This document shows positions 1 through 8,994 of a DNA stretch of 64,000 nucleotides, in pieces; position 1 is the stretch's first letter; each line of letters opens with the position of its first letter. Source of the stretch: a virus (taxonomy: Duplodnaviria > Caudoviricetes). The position numbers and the translations under genes are program-made. The notes below the pieces were generated by a model. The model had not been told where the DNA came from and ran no database searches. It saw only the letters and a program-made list of their open reading frames with translations. The DNA lies in the IMG/VR virus record IMGVR_UViG_3300034071_000338, positions 148 through 64,147 of that record; one strand, given 5' to 3'.

Positions 1-387
1 GTGTGAACCTTGTAATGAGAGAAGCAAACCAAGATGTAGGGGTTGCGATAGTAAGGAGAATGTTCAGGAGCAATGCGATGCCTATGGATATTCTACGGGA
101 TATTGGTGTGACGAGTGTTACGATAGTAACAAGTACCCATATCGTAAAGATAAGTACTTCGACCCATCGTTAGCAAATGAAAGATTGGAGGATGATTATT
201 AATTCTAAATCAAATCAATATGGAAAGTCAACACTATTTTCAAATCTTCTATGCAAATGTATTGGTCTTGTCGGTTGTTGCATACTCAAAGTATGAGGCG
301 ATTGACAAGGCGTGTCAAAAGTTAGGGGGTGAGTCCCCTAACTACGATAGAAGAAAGTTCAGAGCCAAGAAGGTTTACTAAAAATAA

Positions 388-420
388 ATTTGGTAATGTC
401 TAATTTATGTCGTATCTTCG
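388..420 (+). promoter_or_regulatory. Putative Bacteroidota sigma-A-type promoter
   Basis: TTTG (388-391), 21-nt spacer, then TATCTTCG (413-420), one mismatch to TAnnTTTG; upstream of the ATG at 488. Confidence 0.45.
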
Positions 421-448
421 TTCAAATCAAGTTCATTAATCGGGTTCT

Positions 449-464
449 GTGTCTTCAAAGACAC
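449..464. repeat. 16-bp palindrome copy 1 (GTGTCTTCAAAGACAC)
   Basis: Exact match to the dispersed motif; lies between the putative promoter and the ATG at 488. Confidence 0.95.
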
Positions 465-487
465 TGCCCACAAATCAAATCAAGTCT

Positions 488-1606
488 ATGTGTGTAATTA
501 TTATCAAGCAGAAGGGCAAGAAAGTCCCTCAGGAGGTTGCAAAGACCTCCGCAAGAATCAATCCTCACGGGTTGGGTGTAGTGTGGTTGGATACGTTCGA
601 GGTAACGTATCACAAATCAGCAGAGTACAAGGTACTCGATACGGCAAGACCATTCATTGCTCACTTTAGATATGCGACCATTGGTGCTGTCAACAAAGAG
701 AACACGCATCCATTCAGATGTGGTAGCAACAAGAACGAGTGGTTGATGATGAACGGGACGATAAGAGAGTTGGGCAACCACAAGAAGAGTGACTCAAAAG
801 TATTGGCCGAGAACTTGGGTGAGATACCACGCCATCAGTGGAAGAAAGAGTTGGAGCGTTACGAGTGTAGGTTCGTGTCAGTTAACACGCATAGCAGAAC
901 GTATCAGATGTACAACAAAGAGTTGTGGGTTCAGAGAGATGGGGTTTGGTACAGCAAGGACAACGTCCTTGAGGATAACCTGATAGCGGTGTATGGTACG
1001 TTGAAGAAGGGGTATAGTAACTACAACCATTACTTGACGAGTTCAAAGTATGTGGGTAAGGGTAAGACCAAAGACAAGTATCCCTTGGTAGTTAGTGGAC
1101 TACCTTATTTGATTGAGGAGCGTGGACAAGGGTTCAATGTGGAGGTGGATGTGTTCAAGGTGAGTGCGTCAGTACTTGCTAACTTGGATAGGTTGGAGGG
1201 TCACCCGACTTGGTATAGACGTAAGCAGATTGACATTCAGATGAAAGGCAAGGTGCTTAAGTGTTGGGTTTATTTCAACCTGAGAGAGAGGGCGAATGGT
1301 CAGACATTGCATAGTACGTACACGCAAGTACCGAGCAGACTTAAGTGGTACGAGGAGGAGGACGAGAAGGAGAGTGCAAAGGAGGTAAGTATCTTTAGTC
1401 AGATGGGTTACGAGGAGCCGAAGAGTGCGAGGCTGATAGATATTTTAGAGGACGAGTGTGACGATTGCGAGTTCGACATAACAAATGAGAAGCCCGTATG
1501 TGTGAATTGCTTTCACGATTTGGAGCACGATATGTTTGCGAACTACCATTGTAGCAGTTGCGATGAGTGGTTCACCGAGTCTGATGTGATTATGTTCAGG
1601 AACTAA
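488..1606 (+). CDS. Class II (Ntn) glutamine amidotransferase fused to gamma-glutamylcyclotransferase (AIG2-like) and a C-terminal Zn ribbon
   Basis: Start moved to ATG 488 gives Met-Cys (Ntn nucleophile); HFRYAT.G and NTHPF motifs; GGCT motifs AVYGTLKKG and LDRLEGHP.WY.R; CxxC...CxxC at the C-terminus. Confidence 0.85.
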   Translation: MCVIIIKQKGKKVPQEVAKTSARINPHGLGVVWLDTFEVTYHKSAEYKVLDTARPFIAHFRYATIGAVNKENTHPFRCGSNKNEWLMMNGTIRELGNHKKSDSKVLAENLGEIPRHQWKKELERYECRFVSVNTHSRTYQMYNKELWVQRDGVWYSKDNVLEDNLIAVYGTLKKGYSNYNHYLTSSKYVGKGKTKDKYPLVVSGLPYLIEERGQGFNVEVDVFKVSASVLANLDRLEGHPTWYRRKQIDIQMKGKVLKCWVYFNLRERANGQTLHSTYTQVPSRLKWYEEEDEKESAKEVSIFSQMGYEEPKSARLIDILEDECDDCEFDITNEKPVCVNCFHDLEHDMFANYHCSSCDEWFTESDVIMFRN

Positions 1607-1620
1607 CCTGACTCAGGGTG

Positions 1621-1636
1621 GTGTCTTCAAAGACAC
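1621..1636. repeat. 16-bp palindrome copy 2, inside the extended hairpin 1615-1642
   Basis: AGGGTG-GTGTCTTCAAAGACAC-TACCCT, directly 5' of hammerhead 1. Confidence 0.95.
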
Positions 1637-1641
1637 TACCC

Positions 1642-1692
1642 TCCGTAGTAGAGTGAGTACTCTACCTGATGAGCTCAAAAGAGCGAAACGGA
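1642..1692 (+). ncRNA. Type III hammerhead ribozyme 1, predicted cleavage after GUA at 1647
   Basis: UCCG-UA, stem I GUAGAG/CUCUAC, core CUGAUGA, stem II GCUC-AAAA-GAGC, GAAA, CGGA closing stem III. Confidence 0.93.
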
Positions 1693-1744
1693 AACACGTG
1701 CACTTGTGCACGTGTCCCCTCAGTAACCGATAAATATAATCAAG

Positions 1745-2071
1745 ATGAAACCTGAATTAAAATTTGACCACGATGCAATCACAGTAGTTGATGCGTTGGG
1801 TATGAAAGAAACGGCAGAACAAATGTCTGACAAAATCACCGAGGTGGTGAAGGGTTGGATGTTAGATGACAACGAGGGGAAGCAAAGTAAGTTAGCTGAA
1901 GCTATTCACAAGAACTTATACTATGAAGTAATATTGTTCTTGGCTACAAAAGAAGTTAATCGAACATTAAAAGAAACCTTATCAGAAACAGATGCGTTAA
2001 GGGATTTGGTTAAAGCAATGGATGAGTTGGTTGAAAGAATAGAAGTTGAAAAGAAAGCAAAACTTAATTAA
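1745..2071 (+). CDS. Hypothetical early protein
   Basis: 108-aa ORF preceded by AATCAAG like neighbouring genes. Confidence 0.7.
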   Translation: MKPELKFDHDAITVVDALGMKETAEQMSDKITEVVKGWMLDDNEGKQSKLAEAIHKNLYYEVILFLATKEVNRTLKETLSETDALRDLVKAMDELVERIEVEKKAKLN

Positions 2072-2344
2072 ATTTATAAAAAAATTATATGACAAAGATT
2101 CTATTTGGTGAGTTGCTATTCGTATTATTTTATACGGTGACATTTATATGTTGGGTATTCATTTTTGCCTATGGCATTATCAGATTGAATGAAAAGAAAA
2201 ACAAGAAGCTATGAATAAATCATATCAAATCGTTCTCGGGGTTGTGCATTTTTGTTGGCAAGGCTTATGGTTCTTTTTAATATCAGTCCCATTGGCTATC
2301 ACAATTTATATTTTTTTACAATCAATAATCTTAATCAAATCAGT

Positions 2345-2659
2345 ATGTCAAAAAATTATTACCAAATGAGCGAAAGTGCGTCAGCACAAATTGAGATTGA
2401 CTACCTTAGAAGTGAGGTAGCAAAGTTAAAGGAGCAATTAAAAGATGATAAGGTGGCAAGAGAGTTGCTCAGGAAGAAAGGGTTCTTTGTCGACAATCTT
2501 TGGAGCGTTGACGATGTTACGTCTAATTATATTTGCTCACAGGAACAGGCGCACAGGGTGCTTGAGTTGGCGTTAAAGAACGAGGCTACTATGGAGCAAG
2601 TATGGTGGGCAATTGACGATGCGGCTGAATTATTAGAAATCAAATCAAATCAAAACTAA
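2345..2659 (+). CDS. Hypothetical early protein
   Basis: ORF track 2252..2659; ATG 2345 after AATCAAATCAGT is the more likely start. Confidence 0.7.
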   Translation: MSKNYYQMSESASAQIEIDYLRSEVAKLKEQLKDDKVARELLRKKGFFVDNLWSVDDVTSNYICSQEQAHRVLELALKNEATMEQVWWAIDDAAELLEIKSNQN

Positions 2660-2660
2660 T

Positions 2661-2882
2661 ATGGAAAATGTAATCAATGCTACGCCAAAGGCTACGTTCT
2701 ACCTGAACGAATTGGCATCGGAACTAACGGCACTTATCATCGACAAGAAGTATGAGAATACGGGAGTCGTAACAATGAGAGCAAAGAATAACATTATGAC
2801 TTATGTTGGACATATTCAATACGAGTATGACACAATCTATGATGAGGTATTTGAATATTTAACACGCAATCAAATCAAATAA
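2661..2882 (+). CDS. Hypothetical early protein
   Basis: Tightly coupled ORF in the + strand operon. Confidence 0.65.
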   Translation: MENVINATPKATFYLNELASELTALIIDKKYENTGVVTMRAKNNIMTYVGHIQYEYDTIYDEVFEYLTRNQIK

Positions 2883-2883
2883 T

Positions 2884-3279
2884 ATGGAAATCAAAATCAT
2901 TCAAGGAGTAAAGCGAGAAGTCTTAGAAGATGTTTTCGTAACGGCAATTGAAGGTGGTAGTAACTATTGGTACTTTCTAAGCGACCACGCCATTGGCAAA
3001 ATCAGAAGAGCAGTACCTAAAGAGGAAGACCCGTACTTGAGTACGGCAATACTCAAAGCAATCTTAGACCACGATGTTAAGGTTGAGATAAACGATGCGG
3101 ATGATGAGGATGAAGTAATTGGAGTTATTACACGTGGCACTATGCAGTCACGTTTGCAGTTGCTTGCTGAGAGCGAACTTAAATGGGCATTAGATGCGCA
3201 TATCAAAGAGCAAGGTGACGCTGACTCTGCAGATATAGTATTCCAATACATAACAATGGGGGAGGTAATTTATGGATAA
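2884..3279 (+). CDS. Hypothetical phage protein (TAIEGGSNYW motif)
   Basis: Coupled ORF; EGG..YW and C-terminal GEVIYG motifs resemble phage early proteins. Confidence 0.7.
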   Translation: MEIKIIQGVKREVLEDVFVTAIEGGSNYWYFLSDHAIGKIRRAVPKEEDPYLSTAILKAILDHDVKVEINDADDEDEVIGVITRGTMQSRLQLLAESELKWALDAHIKEQGDADSADIVFQYITMGEVIYG

Positions 3280-3469
3280 GCAAGAAACATTAATAGACAG
3301 ACTGAGGATGTTGCAAGAGCAAGCGTCCTCACTTATTCAGGAGTTGGAAGCCAATCCTAACTTTCCTGATGGGCATATCATTACAAAAGAGTCTTGGGAC
3401 AACGCAGACAAAATCATCCACGATGGGTTTGTCTATGTGAAGTACACTGACCTATTGTTTTATAAATAA
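3272..3469 (+). CDS. Hypothetical protein
   Basis: Overlaps the previous stop codon; 65 aa. Confidence 0.6.
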   Translation: MDKQETLIDRLRMLQEQASSLIQELEANPNFPDGHIITKESWDNADKIIHDGFVYVKYTDLLFYK

Positions 3470-3476
3470 ATTGTAC

Positions 3477-3484
3477 TATATTTG
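3477..3484 (+). promoter_or_regulatory. Putative Bacteroidota -7 promoter element
   Basis: TATATTTG, intergenic, upstream of 3539. Confidence 0.45.
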
Positions 3485-3538
3485 TACAAGAATTAATCAA
3501 ATTAACGGGAGCCTTGTGCTCCCATAAAATCTAATCAA

Positions 3539-3784
3539 ATGGAAAAGAAATTAAAAGGGTTGGAAGAATTTTGTGATAGAGGAAGGTTCACAAGCAGAGA
3601 AGCGTATCTTGATAAGAATCCTGATGCAGTCCTCCACAATCAATGCACGGACGTTGTTCAGTACGTTGATGGACATATCATTCAGGTATTGCAGTCAGGT
3701 TTATTTATGGTAGACGAGCAGTTCAGTAGCCGTTCGCTTGATGAGGCGGAGGTGTATTTATACAGAAAAAATATTAGCAAATAA
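3539..3784 (+). CDS. Hypothetical protein
   Basis: 81-aa ORF after AATCTAATCAA. Confidence 0.65.
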   Translation: MEKKLKGLEEFCDRGRFTSREAYLDKNPDAVLHNQCTDVVQYVDGHIIQVLQSGLFMVDEQFSSRSLDEAEVYLYRKNISK

Positions 3785-3809
3785 TTGAACTATGTATGAA
3801 CATATTCAC

Positions 3810-3817
3810 TATATTTG
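3810..3817 (+). promoter_or_regulatory. Putative Bacteroidota -7 promoter element
   Basis: TATATTTG 20 nt upstream of ATG 3838. Confidence 0.6.
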
Positions 3818-3837
3818 TTCTCAAATTAAATTAAGTT

Positions 3838-4140
3838 ATGAAGCACGATGTATTCAATCAATATGTAGAAAGGGTTGCCGACCTATTTGGTGTGGCAAAG
3901 GAAGATATATTCTCTAAGTCAAAGAAGAGAGAGTATGTAGATGCAAGGCACTTGGTTTACTATCTATGTGCTAAGAGACCAATGCAGATAACGTACATTC
4001 AAAAGTATATGAATGATGCGGGGTATAAAATCAAGCACTCCTCTATCATCCACGGCATCAGCTCAGTTGAGCAGAAGATAGCAGAAGACAAGGACTATGT
4101 GTCTATTGTCAAGGATGTAGAGAGAGCAGTTTTCATTTAG
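3838..4140 (+). CDS. DnaA C-terminal (domain IV)-like helix-turn-helix protein
   Basis: I.SKSKKREYVDARHLVYYL...HSSIIHG matches the DnaA domain IV pattern (R...V..R.IAMYL...DHSTVIH). Confidence 0.75.
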   Translation: MKHDVFNQYVERVADLFGVAKEDIFSKSKKREYVDARHLVYYLCAKRPMQITYIQKYMNDAGYKIKHSSIIHGISSVEQKIAEDKDYVSIVKDVERAVFI

Positions 4141-4171
4141 TGTAATCAATCAATAATCAAATCAAATCAAA

Positions 4172-4816
4172 ATGGAAAAGAACAAATCAGTCTTTGAAAG
4201 ACTATCGTCTATCAACGTCAATGAGCACGTTGAGAAGAAAAGCAATCTAACTTATTTATCTTGGGCTTGGGCTTGGACGGCTACAAAAACAGAATGCCCT
4301 GATGCCACTTATAAAATCGGACAGACCGAGTATGACGAGGCGCTTGGGTTTATGTGTCATACGTCAGTTACAATCGAAGACGAGACGCTTGAGATGTGGT
4401 TGCCGGTAATGGATGGTGCGAATAAGTCAATGAAGAAGACGGCTTATAGTTATAGCTCACGCTATGGCGACAAGACAGTCGAGGCAGCTACAACTTTCGA
4501 CATTAACAAAACTATTATGCGTTGCTTAGTTAAGAACTTAGCGATGTTTGGGTTAGGGATTTATATCTATGCCGGTGAGGATTTACCTGAGGGAGACTCT
4601 GCGTCTACAAAGGTTGAGGCTCCTAAGAAGACAGCTCCGGCAGTAAGCGATGGCTTGGTCGACTTAAAGAAAGGTACTGACAATTGGGATGCGGTTGTGA
4701 AATACGTAACCACTAACAAAGCATTAGGTATCGAGAAGATTGGTGCTCAGTTGGTACGTAAGTACAAAGTTAGTCCGGCATTGAAAAAAGAAATCGCTAA
4801 CCTTATAAACGCATAA
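4172..4816 (+). CDS. Single-strand annealing protein, Sak3/DUF1071-like
   Basis: INVNEHVEKK..LTYLSWAWAW, MWLPVMD and INKTIMRCLVK..AMFGLGIYIYAGED motifs. Confidence 0.8.
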   Translation: MEKNKSVFERLSSINVNEHVEKKSNLTYLSWAWAWTATKTECPDATYKIGQTEYDEALGFMCHTSVTIEDETLEMWLPVMDGANKSMKKTAYSYSSRYGDKTVEAATTFDINKTIMRCLVKNLAMFGLGIYIYAGEDLPEGDSASTKVEAPKKTAPAVSDGLVDLKKGTDNWDAVVKYVTTNKALGIEKIGAQLVRKYKVSPALKKEIANLINA

Positions 4817-4818
4817 TA

Positions 4819-5559
4819 ATGGCAGACATAGATGTTATATCAGTACTACGTGATGACAACGAGTACTACAATGGTATTGGCAAACAATACCTATCTAATT
4901 CAGACATAGGCATATTGCTTAACAATCCTCAAGACTTCGGTAAGACACGTGAAGATAACAAAGCGTTTATGGATGGCAGATACTTTCACCAATTAATATT
5001 GGAGCCTGAGAAGGCGAAGGCTATGCCATTTGTAGATGTTAGCACACGTACTACCAAAGAGTACAAAGCATTCTGCGAAGAGAATAACTTACCTTTTTGT
5101 ATGTTGAAGAAGGAGCAAGACGAGATTCAAAACCTTGTGAACATTATCAACGGGAACATTGCGTTCTATGATGAGATTTACAAGGCCGGTAATCAGTACG
5201 AGACTCCGGCAATTGCTGAGATTCAAGGTATGATGTGGAAAGGAAAGGCTGATATTGTTACTGACAATGCGGTGATTGACCTTAAGACTACAAGTGATAT
5301 TCATAAGTTCAAGTACAGCGCTAAGTCATATAACTATGATAGTCAGTGCTACATTTATCAGGAACTATTTGGCAAGCCATTAGTGTTCTACGTGATTGAT
5401 AAAGGTACCGGAGTTTTAGGTATCTTTAGACCAACGGAGGACTTTGTAAAAGGTGGCGAAGCCAAAGTAGGTAAAGCAATTGAGGTGTATAATAAATACT
5501 TTAGCGCTAAACCAACAGATGATATAGTGAACTATTACATTGACGAGTACTTGTTATAA
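4819..5559 (+). CDS. PD-(D/E)XK exonuclease (RecE/DUF3799-like recombination partner)
   Basis: LSNS, KGKADI, IDLKTT and Y.YDSQ..IY motifs; adjacent to the annealase. Confidence 0.8.
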   Translation: MADIDVISVLRDDNEYYNGIGKQYLSNSDIGILLNNPQDFGKTREDNKAFMDGRYFHQLILEPEKAKAMPFVDVSTRTTKEYKAFCEENNLPFCMLKKEQDEIQNLVNIINGNIAFYDEIYKAGNQYETPAIAEIQGMMWKGKADIVTDNAVIDLKTTSDIHKFKYSAKSYNYDSQCYIYQELFGKPLVFYVIDKGTGVLGIFRPTEDFVKGGEAKVGKAIEVYNKYFSAKPTDDIVNYYIDEYLL

Positions 5560-5581
5560 GATTTGCATTCCCCCAATGCGA

Positions 5582-5597
5582 GTGTCTTCAAAGACAC
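5582..5597. repeat. 16-bp palindrome copy 3
   Basis: GTGTCTTCAAAGACAC, 4 nt upstream of the tRNA-like element. Confidence 0.95.
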
Positions 5598-5601
5598 AGG
5601 C

Positions 5602-5682
5602 AGTCAGGAGTCGTTGCGGTAAACGAAAGCTGAGATTAAAGACCTCAGTCTGCTCTTGTAGGTTCGAGTCCTACCCTGACTA
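5602..5682 (+). tRNA. tRNA-like element or pseudo-tRNA with an atypical anticodon arm
   Basis: 7-bp acceptor stem AGTCAGG/CCTGACT; canonical T arm GTAGG-TTCGAGT-CCTAC; D-like arm TCGTT-GCGGTA-AACGA; CTGAG/CTCAG stem with 9-nt loop ATTAAAGAC; no U8 and no encoded CCA. Confidence 0.6.
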
Positions 5683-5757
5683 CAACTAACTATTAGCTTA
5701 GCCTCAGAGGTTAATGGTTGGTATAAATAGACTGAGGCAACAAATAAATTTAGAACG

Positions 5758-6072
5758 ATGGCAAACGAAGAAAAAATCTTTGCAGACGGATTCTCATTCA
5801 AGAGAAACGAAAAGGCACCTGACTTTGTAGTTGGGAGATTATCAATGAAAGTAGATGAAGCGGTAGCGTTCATCAGACAGCACGAGAAAGGTGGATGGGT
5901 AAACCTAAACATTAAGACTGCACGTAGTGGTAATCATTATGTTGAGTTGGATACCTACGAGCCGACTGCTCAGAGTGGTATGAAACCACAATCAGAGACA
6001 GTTGCTACTCCGAAACAAAAAGCACCTCAATCTCAGGTAGCTGATGAAGAAGAAGAGGTACTTCCATTTTAA
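5758..6072 (+). CDS. Probable single-stranded DNA-binding protein
   Basis: Small beta-rich protein with acidic tail ending EEEEVLPF, within the recombination/replication cluster. Confidence 0.6.
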   Translation: MANEEKIFADGFSFKRNEKAPDFVVGRLSMKVDEAVAFIRQHEKGGWVNLNIKTARSGNHYVELDTYEPTAQSGMKPQSETVATPKQKAPQSQVADEEEEVLPF

Positions 6073-6100
6073 AATTGACACCAATTTAGAAACAAGAATT

Positions 6101-6127
6101 GGGGGAGTGAAAACTTCCCCTTTTTTT
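6101..6127 (+). terminator. Intrinsic terminator
   Basis: GGGGAGT-GAAA-ACTTCCCC hairpin followed by T7. Confidence 0.75.
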
Positions 6128-6140
6128 ACCTCTAATGCGT

Positions 6141-6297
6141 GACGAAAATGTCGATGTGTTTTCCCTATATTCTCTATATGTGTTTTTCTATTCTTCTTAT
6201 TTTTTTAAATTATATTCTGAATAAAAAATTGACATAATCGACATTAATACTAATAATCAAATAGTTAGATACTTAAAACCGACATAAAACCGACATA
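6141..6297. repeat. Iteron-like array A (candidate replication origin)
   Basis: Inverted ATGTCG, pyrimidine/AT-rich tract, then TTGACAT-AATCGACAT and AAAACCGACAT x2, immediately before the primase gene. Confidence 0.6.
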
Positions 6298-6299
6298 CA

Positions 6300-8723
6300 A
6301 TGGTACATAATGTGACGATATTCCAAAATATTAGAGATACTGACACGCCATTCTTCCGAGATGTACACGTTATACTCGAGAGAATTAAAGACGGAGCCGG
6401 TGCTACTAAGGATTTGGTTAAGAAGATACGCTTAGAGAAGCGTAAACCTGAGAGGCAAGAACTAAAGAAGCAATTGCCGGCAATATGTTTCAGTGGTACA
6501 TTCAACAAGAGGACAGACGCATCATTGATTGAGCATTCAGGATTGATATGTTTGGACTTCGATGGATATACAAAGCAGAAAGAGTTATTGCAAGACAAAG
6601 AGAATTTATCAAAGAATAAGTATGTGTTCTCTGTATTCATTTCCCCTTCGGGTAATGGGCTGAAAGTTTTGGTGAAGATTCCGGCAGATGCAGAGAACCA
6701 TACAATGTACTTTAATTCATTAGAAAAGTACTTTAATTCGGCTTACTTCGACAAGACGAGCAAGAACCTCAGTAGAGTTTGTTACGAGTCCTATGACCCT
6801 CTAATTGCGATTAATGAGAATAGTAGTATTTGGGATGTGATTGAGGAACCTGAGTACACTGAGGTAAGCAAGACAAGAGACAAGGCAACGATACCAATTA
6901 CGGATGAGAATAAAATTGTGGAGATACTTGTAAAGTGGTGGGAGAAAAAATATCCTATGCACGAGGGACAGCGTAATCAGAATGCGTATGTGCTTGCGAT
7001 GGCGTTCAATGACTTTGGTATTAACAAGAGCCTTGCATCGTATGTACTTAATCAGTTTGCGTCAGAAGACTTTACGCTTAGGGAGATTGGGACGACCATC
7101 GACTCTGCGTATAGGCACACTGCGAACTTCGGTACCAAGTACTACGAAGATGAAGAGCGCATCAATACCATTAAAGCAAAGCTGAGACGTGGTGTATCAA
7201 AAAAAGAGATTCGCATCCAACTGCAGGACTCCAATTTGGACAGCGATACTATCGAGTCTGTACTAAATAAGGTTGAGGAAGAGAATGCGATGCAGACATT
7301 TTGGGACAGGAACGACAGGGGAGTCATCAAGGTTGTGCACGTACAGTTCAAACAGTTCTTGGAAGATAATGGATTCTATAAGTACTGCCCTGAGGGTGGT
7401 AAGAATTATATATTCGTAAAGGTTACCAATAACTTGATTGACCATACGAGTGAGAAAGAGATTAAGGACTTCGTGCTTACGCACTTGTTGGAGTTAGATG
7501 ATATTGGTGTGTACAATTACTTCGCTGACAATACGAGATTCTTCAAAGAAGAGTTCTTGTCATTGCTATCAACGATTGAGATTTACTTCATTGCTGATAA
7601 CAAAGATTCATCGTACTTGTACTATAAGAATTGTGCGATTAAGATTAGCAAAGAAGGTGTGACAACGCTTGACTACTTGGACTTGGGAGGGTACGTGTGG
7701 AAAGACCACGTGATAGATAGGAACTTCAACCTATGTAGTGTGACTGAAAGATGTGACTTCAAAAAGTTTGTGAGCAATATCAATGGCGGTGACCCAAGCA
7801 GAGTTAAAGCAATGGAGAGCACGATTGGATTCTTGCTACACGGATATAAGAACCTATCATTTTGTCCGGCTGTTATTCTAAATGATGAGGTGATTAGTGA
7901 TAACCCTGAGGGTGGAACCGGTAAGGGTCTACTGATGAGTGCGCTAAGTAAGATGAAGAAATTGGTTGTGATTGATGGCAAGTCATTTGCTTTCGAGCGT
8001 AGCTTCGCTTATCAGTTGGTGTCAGCAGATACGCAGATACTATGCTTCGATGATGTGAGAAAGCATTTTGACTTCGAGCGTTTGTTTTCAGTAGTTACTG
8101 AGGGTCTAACGCTTGAGAAGAAAAACAAGGACGCCATCAAGATACCATTCAGTAGGTCTCCTAAGATTGCCATCACAACGAACTATGCAATTAAGGGTGC
8201 CGGTAATTCATTTGCGAGAAGAAAGTGGGAGTTGGAACTTCATCAGTACTACAATAAGGAGTACACTCCGCTTGATGAGTTTGGTAAGTTGATGTTTGGC
8301 GATTGGAATGACGATGATTGGTGTGAGTTTGACAACTATATGATTGGTTGTTTAACGAACTATTTAAAGACGGGACTTGTGAAGAGCAAGTTTGTGAACC
8401 TTAAGATTCGTCAGTTGTCAGCAGAGACTTGCCACGAATTTATTGAGTGGTGTGGTCTTGTAGATACGCATCATAACAGAGAGGTAATGTTGCAACCGGA
8501 TGTTAGGCTTTATAAGAACGAGTTGTATGCTAACTTTGTAGATGAGTATCCTGACTACGGGCCTCGAGGTAGAATGAGTATAAGCAGAACCAAGTTCTAC
8601 AAATGGCTTATTGCTTATGGTATTTATAAGGAAGGAGTAATGCCACAGGAGGATAGAGACCAACAAGGTAGATGGATAATCATTAAAAGTAAACCTGAGG
8701 GACTTGAAGAAGCACCTTTTTAA
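6300..8723 (+). CDS. Primase-helicase (BT4734/VirE-N-like primase domain plus P-loop helicase)
   Basis: KKQLPAICFSG.F, HSGLICLDFD and FISPSGNGLK primase motifs; Walker A GGTGKG; Walker B LCFDD. Confidence 0.85.
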   Translation: MVHNVTIFQNIRDTDTPFFRDVHVILERIKDGAGATKDLVKKIRLEKRKPERQELKKQLPAICFSGTFNKRTDASLIEHSGLICLDFDGYTKQKELLQDKENLSKNKYVFSVFISPSGNGLKVLVKIPADAENHTMYFNSLEKYFNSAYFDKTSKNLSRVCYESYDPLIAINENSSIWDVIEEPEYTEVSKTRDKATIPITDENKIVEILVKWWEKKYPMHEGQRNQNAYVLAMAFNDFGINKSLASYVLNQFASEDFTLREIGTTIDSAYRHTANFGTKYYEDEERINTIKAKLRRGVSKKEIRIQLQDSNLDSDTIESVLNKVEEENAMQTFWDRNDRGVIKVVHVQFKQFLEDNGFYKYCPEGGKNYIFVKVTNNLIDHTSEKEIKDFVLTHLLELDDIGVYNYFADNTRFFKEEFLSLLSTIEIYFIADNKDSSYLYYKNCAIKISKEGVTTLDYLDLGGYVWKDHVIDRNFNLCSVTERCDFKKFVSNINGGDPSRVKAMESTIGFLLHGYKNLSFCPAVILNDEVISDNPEGGTGKGLLMSALSKMKKLVVIDGKSFAFERSFAYQLVSADTQILCFDDVRKHFDFERLFSVVTEGLTLEKKNKDAIKIPFSRSPKIAITTNYAIKGAGNSFARRKWELELHQYYNKEYTPLDEFGKLMFGDWNDDDWCEFDNYMIGCLTNYLKTGLVKSKFVNLKIRQLSAETCHEFIEWCGLVDTHHNREVMLQPDVRLYKNELYANFVDEYPDYGPRGRMSISRTKFYKWLIAYGIYKEGVMPQEDRDQQGRWIIIKSKPEGLEEAPF

Positions 8724-8733
8724 AATATAAATT

Positions 8734-8991
8734 ATGAAAACAGCAATGCAAGAATTTGAAATATTATTTTATAAGAAAGCACAACCAACCATTAATACGA
8801 ATAGTTGGGTAGTACATAAAGACGAGTTTGAAAAATTAATCTTAGCTGCCAAAGAAAAAGAAAAAGAGCAGATAATTACCGCTTTTGAAGTTGGATATAA
8901 ATCTTGCGATTTAGATGAAACGTTTGAAATTAATAGGAAATTAGCAAGTGGAGAACTGCACTATAACAAAACCTATAACCAAAACAAATAA
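8734..8991 (+). CDS. Hypothetical protein (KE.EKEQII.A motif)
   Basis: ORF in operon; MKTA and EKEQII motifs. Confidence 0.7.
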   Translation: MKTAMQEFEILFYKKAQPTINTNSWVVHKDEFEKLILAAKEKEKEQIITAFEVGYKSCDLDETFEINRKLASGELHYNKTYNQNK

Positions 8992-8994
8992 CCT

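Noticed and set aside
1-173. Terminal repeat or overlap joining the two window ends
   Set aside because: Both ends lie in + strand early-type genes, which suggests circular permutation, but no shared sequence is visible, so the size of the gap is unknown
449-487. GTG start of the ORF-track call 449..1606
   Set aside because: It falls on palindrome copy 1; ATG 488 gives the Met-Cys N-terminus required by Ntn amidotransferases and has the AATCAAATCAA leader
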